From NCBI GenBank assembly GCA_021378525.1, contig JAACJW010000001.1:10115-74114 (forward strand): a DNA stretch of 64,000 nt. Reading direction: 5' to 3'. Of this stretch, positions 45,240 through 56,582 are shown piece after piece. The translations under genes were made by a program, and so were the position numbers. The notes under the pieces are model-generated. The model was not told where the DNA came from. It did no database searches and saw only the letters and a list, made by a program, of their open reading frames with translations. Each line of letters begins with the position of its first letter. The stretch's first letter is position 1. Source of the stretch: Ureaplasma sp. Hg2. Lineage in GTDB: Bacteria; Bacillota_I; Bacilli_A; Mycoplasmatales; Mycoplasmoidaceae.

Positions 45240-45539
45240 ATGAAACGTAAAAACGATACCAAAACAATTGATGATAGCAAAAAATTATTGGCAGAATCAT
45301 TTGACAACAAAGCTACTGAAATTAAATTACAAGCTCATGTTAATAATGTAAAAAACGATAATATTAATGTAATGAAAAACCAAATAAAAATTAATTTAGA
45401 ACATGCTAAAGAAGCCAATAAAGTAACTAAAAAACATATTGATGAAATCGAGCTTAAAGATGAAATTAAAAATACTATGAAATCTATAAATGAAGTTGCA
45501 CAATTTTTTTTAATACAACTATTAAAAAAAGATAAATAA
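45240..45539 (+). CDS. K/N-rich hypothetical protein, 99 aa
   Basis: Intact ORF with a GAGG RBS. No family recognised. Confidence 0.45.
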   Translation: MKRKNDTKTIDDSKKLLAESFDNKATEIKLQAHVNNVKNDNINVMKNQIKINLEHAKEANKVTKKHIDEIELKDEIKNTMKSINEVAQFFLIQLLKKDK

Positions 45540-45603
45540 ATTTCTTTTTTTATAGTATATTTATATAGATGAAATAATCATTTTAAAACTAAGGAGTGGT
45601 TCT

Positions 45604-46470
45604 ATGCAAAACATGTTTATGTTATTAATTATTATTGTTCCAATCGGAGCTGTAATATATTTTGTTATGAAAAAGAAAAAAGGCCCAGCCCTTAAAACTG
45701 AGCGAACTGAAAATGAAGATGAAGTTTGAAAAACAATCAAAAAATATTTAAAAGATTCTGGTGAAAAAGGTAAGGAAATTATCGATTCATATGTCGTTAA
45801 GAGACCCGACCCCTACAATAAATCACAAATGAGTAAAGATAAAAAAAAGGAAGTCAAGGTAGAAGACAAGGCTAAAGCTAAGTTGAAAAAAACTGATCCT
45901 GAAGCATATAAAGCATATAAAGCTGAATTGAAAATTGATAAAAAAAGAAAATTTCCCGAACAATACATAGTTTTATTTACGACTCGCGACACCAAGACAC
46001 ATAACCACGATGTGCCAAGAGCGATCGAATGTGAAGTTATTTATAAAAAGATTTCTAAAAAAGATACACAACGAAAAATTATTATTAATGGGATGTGTGA
46101 CTTTGATAAGGAAATGGCTTGAATTAAACCAATTAAAGCAAAAGATGACGAGGCTTTAGAAAAGCAACAAAAAAGTGATATGAAGCGTGAAACAAGGGTT
46201 GAAAAACGAAGTGCTAGAAAAGTCGAAAGACTAAAGGTAAAACCTAATTCTATTGGAGTTATTGGCTTTAAGGACGATGCTATAGACCGTGTGAAAGAAG
46301 TTAAAGATTCTATCAAATCAATTGATGTTAAATCAAAATTTAAGATAAAGAAAAATACACCAAAAGATGCACCAACACAGGAATTAAAAGATGCGCCAAC
46401 ACAAGAGTCAAAAGACGGGCCAGCGCAGAAACCCATTGAAAAAGATACAATAGGTGAGACAAAGAAATAA
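45604..46470 (+). CDS. N-terminally anchored, lysine-rich hypothetical protein, 288 aa
   Basis: AAGGAG RBS, ATG 45604 (MQNMFMLLIIIVPIGAVIYFVMKKKKG). The head, ORF 45829 and ORF 46180 are in the same frame and joined by TGA. C-terminal KDAPTQELKDAPTQESKDGPAQK mini-repeat. Confidence 0.7.
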
Positions 46471-46494
46471 TAAAATAAATAAGGAGGTGGTTTC

Positions 46495-47433
46495 ATGAAA
46501 ATAGTTTTCATGGGGACGCCTTTTATTGCAGCCGAGTGTCTTCGGACATTGTTATCAATGGGAGTTGATGTTGTTGCAATTGTAAGTCAACCAGATAAAG
46601 CTAAGGATCGGAAACAAAAATTTATTTTCAGTCCGGTTAAACAATTAGCTTTAGATAATAATATTCTTTTGTTCCAACCTAACAAAATTAAAGAAATCGA
46701 GTTCGATTTAGCAACGCTAGATATTGATATGATTATTACTTGTGCTTATGGTCAGTTTATCCCCGATAGCATCTTGACGATGCCCAGCAATGGTTCATAC
46801 AATATTCACGCTTCAATGTTGCCTAAATTAAGGGGGGGAGCGCCAATTCATTGGGCTATTATCAATCGTTTAGAAAAAACTGGTATCACTATCATGAAGA
46901 TGGTTAAAAAAATGGATGCTGGTGACATAGTATTTCAAAGTTCTTTTGAGATTGATAATGATGAAACTTACAAATCCCTACTCCAACGCTTAATTAATTT
47001 GGCCAAAATTATGCTTCGTAAGCATTATTTTGATTTGATTAATTCGAATTTCGAAGCACAGCCACAAGAGGCTGCAGCGGTCACGTTTGGTTACAATATC
47101 AATAAGTCGCTAGCCATAATTGATTTCAACAAGCCAGCTTGTGAGATTGATGCGTTAATTCGTGGACTATTTGATAAGCCGATAGCGCGTTGTTATTATG
47201 ATGATAAATTGATAAAAATACATCATGCAAAAATAAGCTCATTCAAGTCTAAAGCTGCTCCTGGTACAATTACGAAAATAGATAAAAACGGGGTTTATGT
47301 AGCTTCGCAAGATTATGATATTGAAATATCCATGTTACAATTACCTAATAAAAAAGCCTTAATGATCAGCGCTCTAATTAACGGCTCGCATCCGTTTCAA
47401 GTAGGAGGTATTTGACACAATGAAGAAATCTAA
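46495..47433 (+). CDS. fmt: Methionyl-tRNA formyltransferase, 312 aa
   Basis: MKIVFMGTPFIAAECL, HASMLPKLRGGAPIHWAI. AAGGAGG RBS. One TGA near the end, then TAA 47431-47433. Confidence 0.92.
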
Positions 47434-49363
47434 ATACATTGGTAAATATGATTACATTGGGTATTACACCAAACCAGAATATATGTGGTTTTTTAGTAAC
47501 CATGAAATCCAAAAAGCAATCGAAACAAAAATTAATCTTATAAATATAGATGCTGATGATGAAAATTCACCTGACGAAGAAATTGATGCTTACAACTTAT
47601 ATCGTGAAGCTTTAGAGAGCAAAGATATAGATGAAAATAATGCCCAAATTCTCGAGGGACGAATTATTGATCAAAAATCTAAGGCTTACATTATAGATAA
47701 ATATAAAATTGATACTGTTTATGATTTCGATGATGACGAATATAAATATCAAAAAATGGAAGAATTAAGTAAATTAAGCATTCGTTTGTTTGATGAAAAT
47801 GAAAATATAATTATTTTCCAACCGGTTTTTATTCGAGATAAAACCATCACCAAACCAGATGCTGTTGTTAAACAAGATGGAATTATTAATTTGGTGGAAA
47901 CCAAAGGGACAACAACAACAAAATCACATCATTTTTTGGATATCTTTTTTCAACATAATGTTTTAAAAAACCAACCGTGCTTTCAAAATTATGATATTGA
48001 TTACTTTTTGTGTATTGTACGTTATTGTAAACTAGACAAAAAAGATGTGTCATTTGTGATTACCCCCTTTTTCAATTATGTTAAATCTATTTCCTTTAAT
48101 AAAAAAATTAAGGAATCAATTAGTGAAAACGGTTGAATTGAATATAAGTCAAAACAAAAATTAGGCGAAGGATATTTATTTAAATTGATGGAGTCTTTTC
48201 CCTTTAGTTTAACTAATGCAGTACATAATGATGTAAGTGAATTATGAGCAAAACGTGATGTTGTGGGGAACGCCCAAGCTCGACTTGCTATTGATCGCTT
48301 TATTATCTTGTTAAATAATGTTGTTAAAGAATTTGATATCGTTATTAAAAAATTGGTTGACCACCGTCAAAAAATGATGCCCGGAACTTTAATTAGTCTA
48401 GAATCATTTATGCCTTCTAAGGGTATTTTAGGATCATTTAAAGATTGTAATTTTTGACCATTATTGAGAAAACTTTATCCAATGCTATCGTACGGTGTAA
48501 TTGATTATTCAGGTAAAATTGTGGACCTTAGAAAATTTGGGTTAGAAAATATTAGAACGACTACGAGTCTTGATCAACTAATTAAGAGACCTAAAAAAAA
48601 CCCAGATTTTTATATTGATTTATTTATTAACAACAAAAATCCCTTTATTGTTTCACCTAAAGCACGTTTACTTTTAAATAAATTAAAATCAAAAAAAGTG
48701 TATTTTGATTTTGAGACTATTAATTCTTCAATTAGAGCGATCGATGATAGTTTGCCTTTTATGCAAATCGTTACCCAATGTTCAATTTTAAAAGATCATG
48801 GTTCAAGCATTGATAAAGAGGAATGTAATAATTTAGTTATTGATCCTTTAAAAATTAATATTGCTTGATTCAAACAAATTATTGATGACTTATACGAAGG
48901 TGAAGAATATAGTTATATCGTCTATAATAAGAGCTTTGAAAGATCGCGATTAGCGGAAATGGCAAACTTTATAAAAGATCCACTATACACTGCAAGAACT
49001 GAAACAATTATTAATAATTTGTATGATTTAGCTGATTTCTTTATGATTAGTTCCAACAGCGGCTATTTTATTGTTGCTAAAGAATTACATGGTTTTTATT
49101 CAATCAAGAAAGTTCTACCTTTGGTTAAGAAATACAATCCCGAAATTTTTGATAAAACGCGTTGTATAGAATATAACACACTAGATGTTTATAACGGTTT
49201 AGTTTGCCAACAAGCGACTATGCGGCGGTTCTTTGGGAGTATGTCCGATGAAGAATGAGAAGCATTAGAAAAAAATCTAAAAATATATTGTGAAAACGAC
49301 GTTAGGGCGATGGTGGCCGTAGAATATTTCGTTAAATCGCTTTTAACCAAATTTAATATTTAG
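47420..49363 (+). CDS. DUF2779-like (RecB/exonuclease-fold-like) protein, 647 aa
   Basis: Four same-frame ORFs joined by TGA; gaps checked. VYFDFETINSSIRAIDDSLPFMQIVTQCSILKDHG matches the YxDFET...P[FY]xQ.P.Q.S motif I associate with DUF2779. It overlaps the fmt 3' end. Confidence 0.65.
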
Positions 49364-49619
49364 AGAATCAAAATAATTTATAACGGTCCTAAAAATTTAA
49401 ACACAAACATTAACCCTATGAATTAAGGTTATTGTGAAAGTTTAAATTTTTTTTATTACATTTTTTTAAGATAAATAAAACAAAAATGTATGTTATATTT
49501 CGAGTTTTAAATATTTTTCCTATGTTTAACTCTTTTATAGTTTATAATATACGAATAACGAAACATATACATATAATCTATATGGGAGTTAAAATTTCAC
49601 ATTTGCATCGGGGTCGATT

Positions 49620-52600
49620 ATGGGTAGAATTTTATTAGAATTACGAACAATTTATAAGACATATGAACTTGAAAATAAAGAAGTAAAAGTCTTAAATAAT
49701 ATTAATTTGGATGTTGAAGAACACATTTCTTTAGCTATTTTAGGAAATATAGACAGTGGTAAAACATCGTTGATTAAAATAATGGCTCGATTTTTCGAAC
49801 CAACTTTTGGTGAGGTAGAATTGTTTCCAATCAATAAAGTTCAACCAGAACTTACAAATAGTATTTTTCATGAAACGTCACCAATTGAGATAAACCGACA
49901 TAAGTTAGCACCAGAAACAACTGTTGATGAGATGATAAAGCTTATTGACGAATCAAGAAAATTTCCTGCTGAAAAAAAGGAAATGGCAAAACTTATAGAA
50001 GTCAGTGGTATCCCAGCAATCGGAACTAAAACATTAGAAGAATTAGAAGGCTCGGATTACAAAAAAGTTAAATTAATTTCAATTTTGGCTAACAAAGCAC
50101 CAATTGCTTTTTTAGATGATGTAGGAAGTGCTTTTAAATATAGCGAAAAAATCAAATTTAACATTGAAATGGGCGAATATATTAGAAAACATAAAATGAC
50201 TATAATCATGACAGCAAATGATCCCGAAGAGGTTGTTGATTTATGTGATGAATTTATAATCCTAGGAAAAGGAAAAATTGCAGCATTCGGTGACGTAGAA
50301 GTCCCTGAAGGCTTCGAGGATTTTTCAGAGTGCGTTAGTAAATGAGTTGAAGTTGGAAAAGTTGAAAGTCACGACAATGTGATCACATGATTCAAAAATT
50401 TATTTAATTCAAACAAGAAAATACTTGAAGAACGTCGTTTACGTGATGCAGCTAAAAATCAATTATTACTACCCGGTGGAGAACCGATGGAAGTTCCAGA
50501 TGCAATGGTGATTGAAACTGCTGAATTCGAAGATGATGAAGCAACATATGAAAAACCGGAACATAAATCTTTCCTTAGCCGTAAACGCGCTAAACAAGAA
50601 GAGTATGAAGATGAAGAAGACGAAGAAGACGATTCTCAAAATACCGGAATAGAGACAAACAATAAAGAACGCCGTAGCCAAATGGATATCATGAAAAAAA
50701 TGGAGGCTTTCGAAGTAGAGGAAAACGATACAAAAGGCCATGATGCCTTCAGCAAGAGAGCAAAAGAAATCGAACAAACCGATGATGAAGCTGGCAAAAG
50801 AAAAGAACGTGCTGCAAGATTAGCCCGAATCCAAGCAATCGAAGGAAAAAATGCTCCCCAAACAAATAATGATTCTAGCGGCGAAACCCCTGAACAAAGA
50901 CTAGCAAAACGAAAAGAATTATTAGAACGCATGAAATCCAAAGAAAATAATCCAAGTGTTACTGATACAGAAGCTTATGAATCAGAAACCCCGGCACAAA
51001 GACTAGCAAAACGAAAAGAAATGTTAGAACGTATTAAGGCCAAAGAAAAAGGCGTGGAAGTTTCTAGTGGAACCGATGCAGATTCAGGTCCAGAAACACC
51101 AGAACAAAGACTAGCAAAACGAAGAGAAATGTTAGAACGCATTAAAGCAAAAAAAGAAGGCAGAACTTTAGTTTCTGATAACGAAGCGGATGATTCAGTT
51201 TCAGCTAATGAATTGCATTCAGTTGATGAAACAGATTCAGCGATAGCAAACTTTGATTCAGAAACACCAGAACAAAGACTAGCAAAACGAAAAGAAATGT
51301 TAGAGCGTATGAAAGCCAAGGAAAAAGAAGGGGATACCCCTCCTGAAGTTGAAACTCAAACAAGTGAGAGTGAAGCTCCAATGATAGAAGAAACCGAAAT
51401 TGGTGATAAGAAGAATTTATCTCCATCAGAACAAAGACTAGCAAAACGAAGAGAAATGTTGGAACGCATTAAAGAAAAGCAAGCCAACATGAAAATTGAA
51501 GAAGTTGAAACTTCTAAAAAACATGTAGTTTTAAGTGCTGCTGCTGCTGAGCGTAAAAGTAAGTTAGAAGCTATTAAAGCACAACAATCTAAAAAATCAA
51601 CAATTCAAATAAAACTTGAAAAAGCCAAAGCTAGAAAAGAAGCAGAAACTTTAGCTGAAACTAATGCAGCTAAGGAAAAAGCGACTTTTGTTGCTGCAAA
51701 AGCGGAAGCCATTCTAGAAAGTGAAAAAACTAAGGAATCTTTAGCAAATGTTCATGAAGTTAAAACAGTTGAACTTAAAACTAATAATCAAGTTGATTCT
51801 TCTACAAGCGAACGAGCAGAAAGATTGGCTCGAATCCAAGCAAAAGAAGGATCTTTGGCTCCGCAAACTTCAGTTAAATTCGAAAAACCAGTTTCAACAA
51901 CACCGTCAACGCCAACACTTAAATCAAGTGCATCAATTGAACGTGCTGAAAAATTAGCACGCATTAAAGCCAAACAACAATCTATTGCAAAAGTAAAAGC
52001 TTCTAATGAAGAAACAAAACCAATTGCTACACCTACTTTAACTACTTCTACTCCAGTTGCACCAAAACCAGTTATAGATAAACCAGCTGCACCAAAAACA
52101 ATTATAGCTAAACCAATTATAGCTAACCCAGTTGCACCAAAACCAGTTCCAGTTGCACCAAAACCAATTATAACTAAACCAGTTGCACCAAAACCAATTA
52201 TAGCTAAACCAGTTGCACCAAAACCAGTTATAGATAAACCAGTTACACCGACTATAACTACACCAACTACGCCCACTGTTAATAAAACAGCACTTGCTGA
52301 GCGAGCGGAAAGATTGGCTAGAATTCAAGCTAAAGAAAATGCGGTACCAAAAAGCGAAACTGTAATTAAAGATGTTGAAATAACTAAAATTACAAAAACA
52401 GTACCACCTAAAAATATCGAAGTCAAACAACCCACTCCAGCATACAACTCGGACGCAAAAGCGGCAGCTCGAAAAGCAATGCTAGATCGTGTTAAAGCAC
52501 AACAAAATGTTGATGTCAAAAATGATGTTAAATCACAAAATGCAATGGCAATGATTGAACGCATTAAGGCAAGAGAAGGAAAACTTGAAATCGATAAAAC

Positions 52601-54713
52601 CACCGAACCTCGTAAGCCTCTTTCGATAGAAAGACAAAAACAAAACATCGAACGTATTGCAGCAATGGGTAAACGGAATAGTGATTTTAACGAAATAGAT
52701 CATATCAAAATCGAACGTGAACGTGAAAACCGTTTAACAAAAGCAGAAAACGAAGTTGAAGAAATAATTAAATCATCAAGTGTTCAAAGAGTGAATGCAA
52801 GCGCAACACAAGCGCAACACGCTGAGCAATTAAGAATTCAAATGCAAGAATTAGAGCAATTAAAAAGAAAACAACTTGAGATAGCTAAACAAAAATCTGA
52901 AATTCAAAGATTAGCACAAGAAGCTGAAATGGCAAAATTGCGTCAAATAAATAATAGCAAACTTCGAAAAGCCGAAATAACTAATGAAAAAGTATTATTA
53001 GACCAAGAAGAGTTAGCGCGTAATTTAAATCTTAGAGCTCAGGAAATTGAAGATAGAGCAAGAGTCGAATTGAATCGAATTGAAAAGGAACATGCAAATA
53101 AAATTGCTGTTTTACAAAATCGTTTAGACGAAGAAGAACGTCTTCGCAAAATAAAGGATCAAGATGCTCAATTAACACTAGATTCAGCGATAAAACAAGC
53201 CGAACTTGTTGCCACAAGAATCGCAACAGAAAAATCTGTTGAAGAAAAAAGTACGAGAGAAACCCAATTAGCTAATCAAATATTAGAAATAGAAAAAATT
53301 GTTAAACAAATGGAAATTTCATCAGGGGCTAAAAACGAAGAACTAATGCAAAATGCGATAGAAATGAAATATAAAGTTTTACATCAACAAGAATTAGCTT
53401 CTAGAGCTGCTAAAGATGTGGAAATTGCGAATCAAAAATTAGCAAAACAAGAAAAAGTTGCACAAGATTTGCGTGACCAGGCTGAACGCACTAGAAGATA
53501 CAAGATGCAAGTGGAACACCAAAATAACATAAATTATAAAAACACCAATGTTAGCGGTTTAAATGAAATTAAATTACAAAAAAATAGAATCGAAAGAATG
53601 TCTGGCGATATTCAAGAGATTAAAAATTTAATTAGAGAAAGTATTGCAAGCGGAGACGCTCAAGCAATGCATCGTTTAAATTCTTTGGTTACAGATTCTG
53701 GGTCAGGAAGAAATCTAAATCCCTCTCAAATTGTAGTGGGGCGTAACCCCGGCGCATCACCACGTCCTGGGATTAATTATAATTTAAAACCAGCTTCGCA
53801 ATTTACACCAGGTGCGCAAGCTACTAAAGTAGTTGGCACAAACGGAGTTGTGATGTCCAATGTAGTGCAAACATCTCCTAATTACAAAGCGCCAGCAAAT
53901 CAATTGATGGTACGAGGCGGAGTTAGTAGTAGAGAATATTTGATGGGAATAGATAAGCAAATTTGAGAATCAGAGCAACGATTAACCGAATTGAGAATGT
54001 TAAAACATCACGAAGCCGAAGTTGTAATTCAAAGAAAAATTGAAGCTGAACGTCAAAAAATGCAAGCAGATAGATTACATCTTGAAGAACAAGAAATGAT
54101 TAACGAAAGAAAATATCTTCATGACCAACAAAATGCTTATTTACAAAATAAAGCAGCATCACGTTATTATGATCAAAGTGTTTCTAATGCTTCATATTAT
54201 CCAAAACGTAAACCAATGCAATATACAGCTGGCGAAAGGGAAGCGATTCAATCTAACAAATCTGGAGATATTAACGCATATGAATATGGTCGACAAATAA
54301 AGCAAACCACACCATATAGAGCAACGCCCGTGAATCAACAAGCACCTTATTCTCAACAACGTGTTAGTCAATCTGCGCAACGTTTAAGTCAAGCGTTCCG
54401 CGAAGCTAATAGACCATTTGATTATGAAGATGGTCCTTACCAACAACAAAGGGCGAATAATAATTATAATCAATACCCTAATGGGGAGCGAGACTATGTC
54501 GAACTAAGTCACAACGAAGTTAATAATTTACAATCTGATTCATTTTATTCTAACCAAAATGCGCCCTATAATTATAGACCTGAAGCACCTTCTTATAGAA
54601 ATGCATTCTTGCAAGATAATAGACAGCCTAACAATGCTGATCGGAACGGAAATCCACAAAATCAAAGCAACAACAGATTGCCAAATGGATATTTAGGAAA
54701 GAAAAAATATTAG
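49620..54713 (+). CDS. Giant fusion of a degenerate ABC-type ATPase domain, a repeat/coiled-coil region, a Pro/Lys block and a Q/N/Y-rich tail, 1,697 aa
   Basis: ORFs 49620, 50487 and 53991 are all in frame 0, and the gaps hold only TGA (hand-checked). Walker A is GNIDSGKTS (49743-49769). Walker B-like IAFLDD (50103-50120) is followed by VG, not E. Confidence 0.85.
50800..52675 (+). repeat. About a dozen dispersed copies of an amphipathic ~17-20-aa motif (TPEQRLAKRKEMLERIKAKE / ERAERLARIQAKE)
   Basis: Five copies are near-identical at the DNA level (~55 nt each, starting near 50883, 50985, 51093, 51261 and 51424). The others have diverged (e.g. near 51810, 51935, 52290, 52460, 52545 and 52625). 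Confidence 0.85.
52053..52250 (+). repeat. Pro/Lys-rich short-period repeat block (KPVAPKP[IV]I[AT/D] x ~8)
   Basis: PVAPKPVIDKPAAPKTIIAKPIIANPVAPKPVPVAPKPIITKPVAPKPIIAKPVAPKPVIDKPVTP, with repeated ccaaaacca units. Confidence 0.9.
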
Positions 54714-54845
54714 TTGATAAAGAATATTGCAATCTTTAATCTATAATTGTGGTCTTTAAGACCTTTTAATAATATAATATAAATAAGTGGTAATGCATCT
54801 ATTTGATAATGCACTTATATAAAAAATAAACCTAACGGAGGAAAT

Positions 54846-56357
54846 ATGCAAAATACAGCTTATGATACCATTTCAAAATACAAAAATATAGTTGAACAGA
54901 ATATTGTTGACGGACTATTTGATTACTTTGGTCGTATCTATTATAAAATCGATCCCAATAATAAAGCTGGGGAAGTTAAAAACGAATATTTAACCACGCG
55001 CTACATGGATGAAGCTTCACGACGCGAACGAAGATGGAAACAGGACTCTATTTGATGTGCCATATTCTTAATCTTATTTGCGGTAGCTTTTGTATGTGTA
55101 TGGTTTTTTGTTGGGAACTTACCCAACGACTTTAAAAACTATGAAAACTATATTTATATCCCAAGTTGATTATTGGTCGCGTTGCTATTATTTATCGGAG
55201 TACTTTTATTGATATCTACAATTATTAATTTTAGCAAGTCGTTTATGATGATGCGATATTCAAAGGATCAACTAAAAAATTGAAATAATTCTTTTTATTA
55301 TTTTACAAAAAGAATTGAAAATCAAGGAATTAAAGATGCTATTGAATATGGTATGTCAGATTTAATTTTAGATAAACATACAGCAAGTTATGACCGAACT
55401 ATTTACGGATTACATAATCGATTATATACTTACGCTGACATTCCAAAGGATGCGCGAAGAACTAAGTATCACAATTTAACTTCTGGAGTTTACAAAAATA
55501 ACCCTTTTACAATTTCTTATAGTGAATGAGAATGATTTCGTGAAGGGCGTGAAATTAACGAAGATGTTGATGCAGCTTATCACACAATTAATGTTAATTT
55601 GAAGAGACGTTTACATCGTTTTGAAGATTCAATGATTATTTTATCTATGGATATTGATGCAAACCCGAATTTAAATTTTATTTTAAATAACTTTAATGGT
55701 AAAAATATAAAATTACAAAACAATGTTTTTAACTCATTATTCAATCTAGTTGTTAACGATCAAAATTTAGCTTATAAAGTATTTACACCATACGTACAAC
55801 ATACTTATTCGCGGTTGAAAACTTGATCACCTGTTTCAAAAATGATTAGACAAGTTATTAAAGAAGGTAATAAATTATATGTTATTATCGATGGGTTTAA
55901 TGATTTCTTTAAATTCAACAAAATTACTGATCCCGAACTTAATATTATGTTTAATACATCTGAACGTTTAAGTTTATCAGAAATTAAAGTGGGTTCCTTA
56001 GATGAAACTGCTTCATTAATGACCGAATACATTTTAGAAGAAACTGATTTATTGTACACAATTCTTGAACTTGGGGCATCATTACCAGCAGATCCGGAAA
56101 TTCTAGTTCTAAAACAAAAAATTAAAGCGGAATATATGAGTCGCCGTCCAAAAAATAATTTGTTTGATATTATAGCTAATCGTAGATCTCGAGGAGTAGG
56201 TTCGGAAGCGATGGATTTAATGAGCAATGATTTTCAAAGAAATCGAGTCTCAAATGAAACTCCATTATGGAATGCGCAACAGGCACCTTTATTTAGACCT
56301 TTGACAACAACTTCTGCAAAAATAAATGATTCACCAATTGGTGGGATTAAATATTAA
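54846..56357 (+). CDS. Two-TM membrane protein, DUF3137-like, 503 aa
   Basis: ACGGAGG RBS. ORFs 54846, 55599 and 55842 are in the same frame. Gap 55056-55598 was hand-translated and holds only TGA. There are two TM helices after ~70 aa. NIKLQNNVFNSLFNLVVNDQNLAYKVFTPYVQHTYSRLK resembles the DUF3137 core as I recall it. Confidence 0.65.
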
Positions 56358-56582
56358 ATTCATAATATAAAAATAAGTGTTTTAATTTAATTAAGACACT
56401 TATTTTTATTCGTCTAGCAAATTTAAATGAAATGTAAAATATTCAATTACCATATGAATTATAACCAATACTAAATCTTTAAATAATAAAGTGTATTTTT
56501 TTAAGATAATAACTGGCAAACTTAATTCTGTTTTTTTTACCAAATTAAAATTTTAAGATATAATTAAGCAACGGAGATTGAA

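Noticed and set aside
36534-45240. A CRISPR array, tracrRNA-like anti-repeat or cas1/cas2/csn2 genes near the Cas9-type HNH segment.
   Set aside because: Reading 36.5-38.3 kb and the region downstream of the giant gene by eye, I found no 28-37-nt direct repeat recurring at regular spacing. The downstream ORFs are Fe-ADH-fold proteins and rpsT. A degenerate single repeat or a tracrRNA remnant cannot be excluded without a computational search.
50469-52648. Cluster of long antisense or off-frame ORFs within the giant gene: 50469-50777, 50636-50941, 50975-51319, 51205-51444, 51748-51957, 51788-52276, 52038-52430 and 52325-52648. Similar cases occur elsewhere: 7583-8068, 11017-11304, 20179-20451, 21982-22350, 27214-27654, 29979-30269, 30200-30472, 40710-41009, 43875-44168, 46041-46511 and 55805-56227.
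   Set aside because: They lie opposite or out of frame to ORFs with clear homology or much greater length. They have repetitive or low-complexity translations (e.g. GFGATGL repeats mirroring KPVAPKP). They lack RBSs. They are explained by stop-codon depletion on the complementary strand of purine-rich or repetitive coding sequence.
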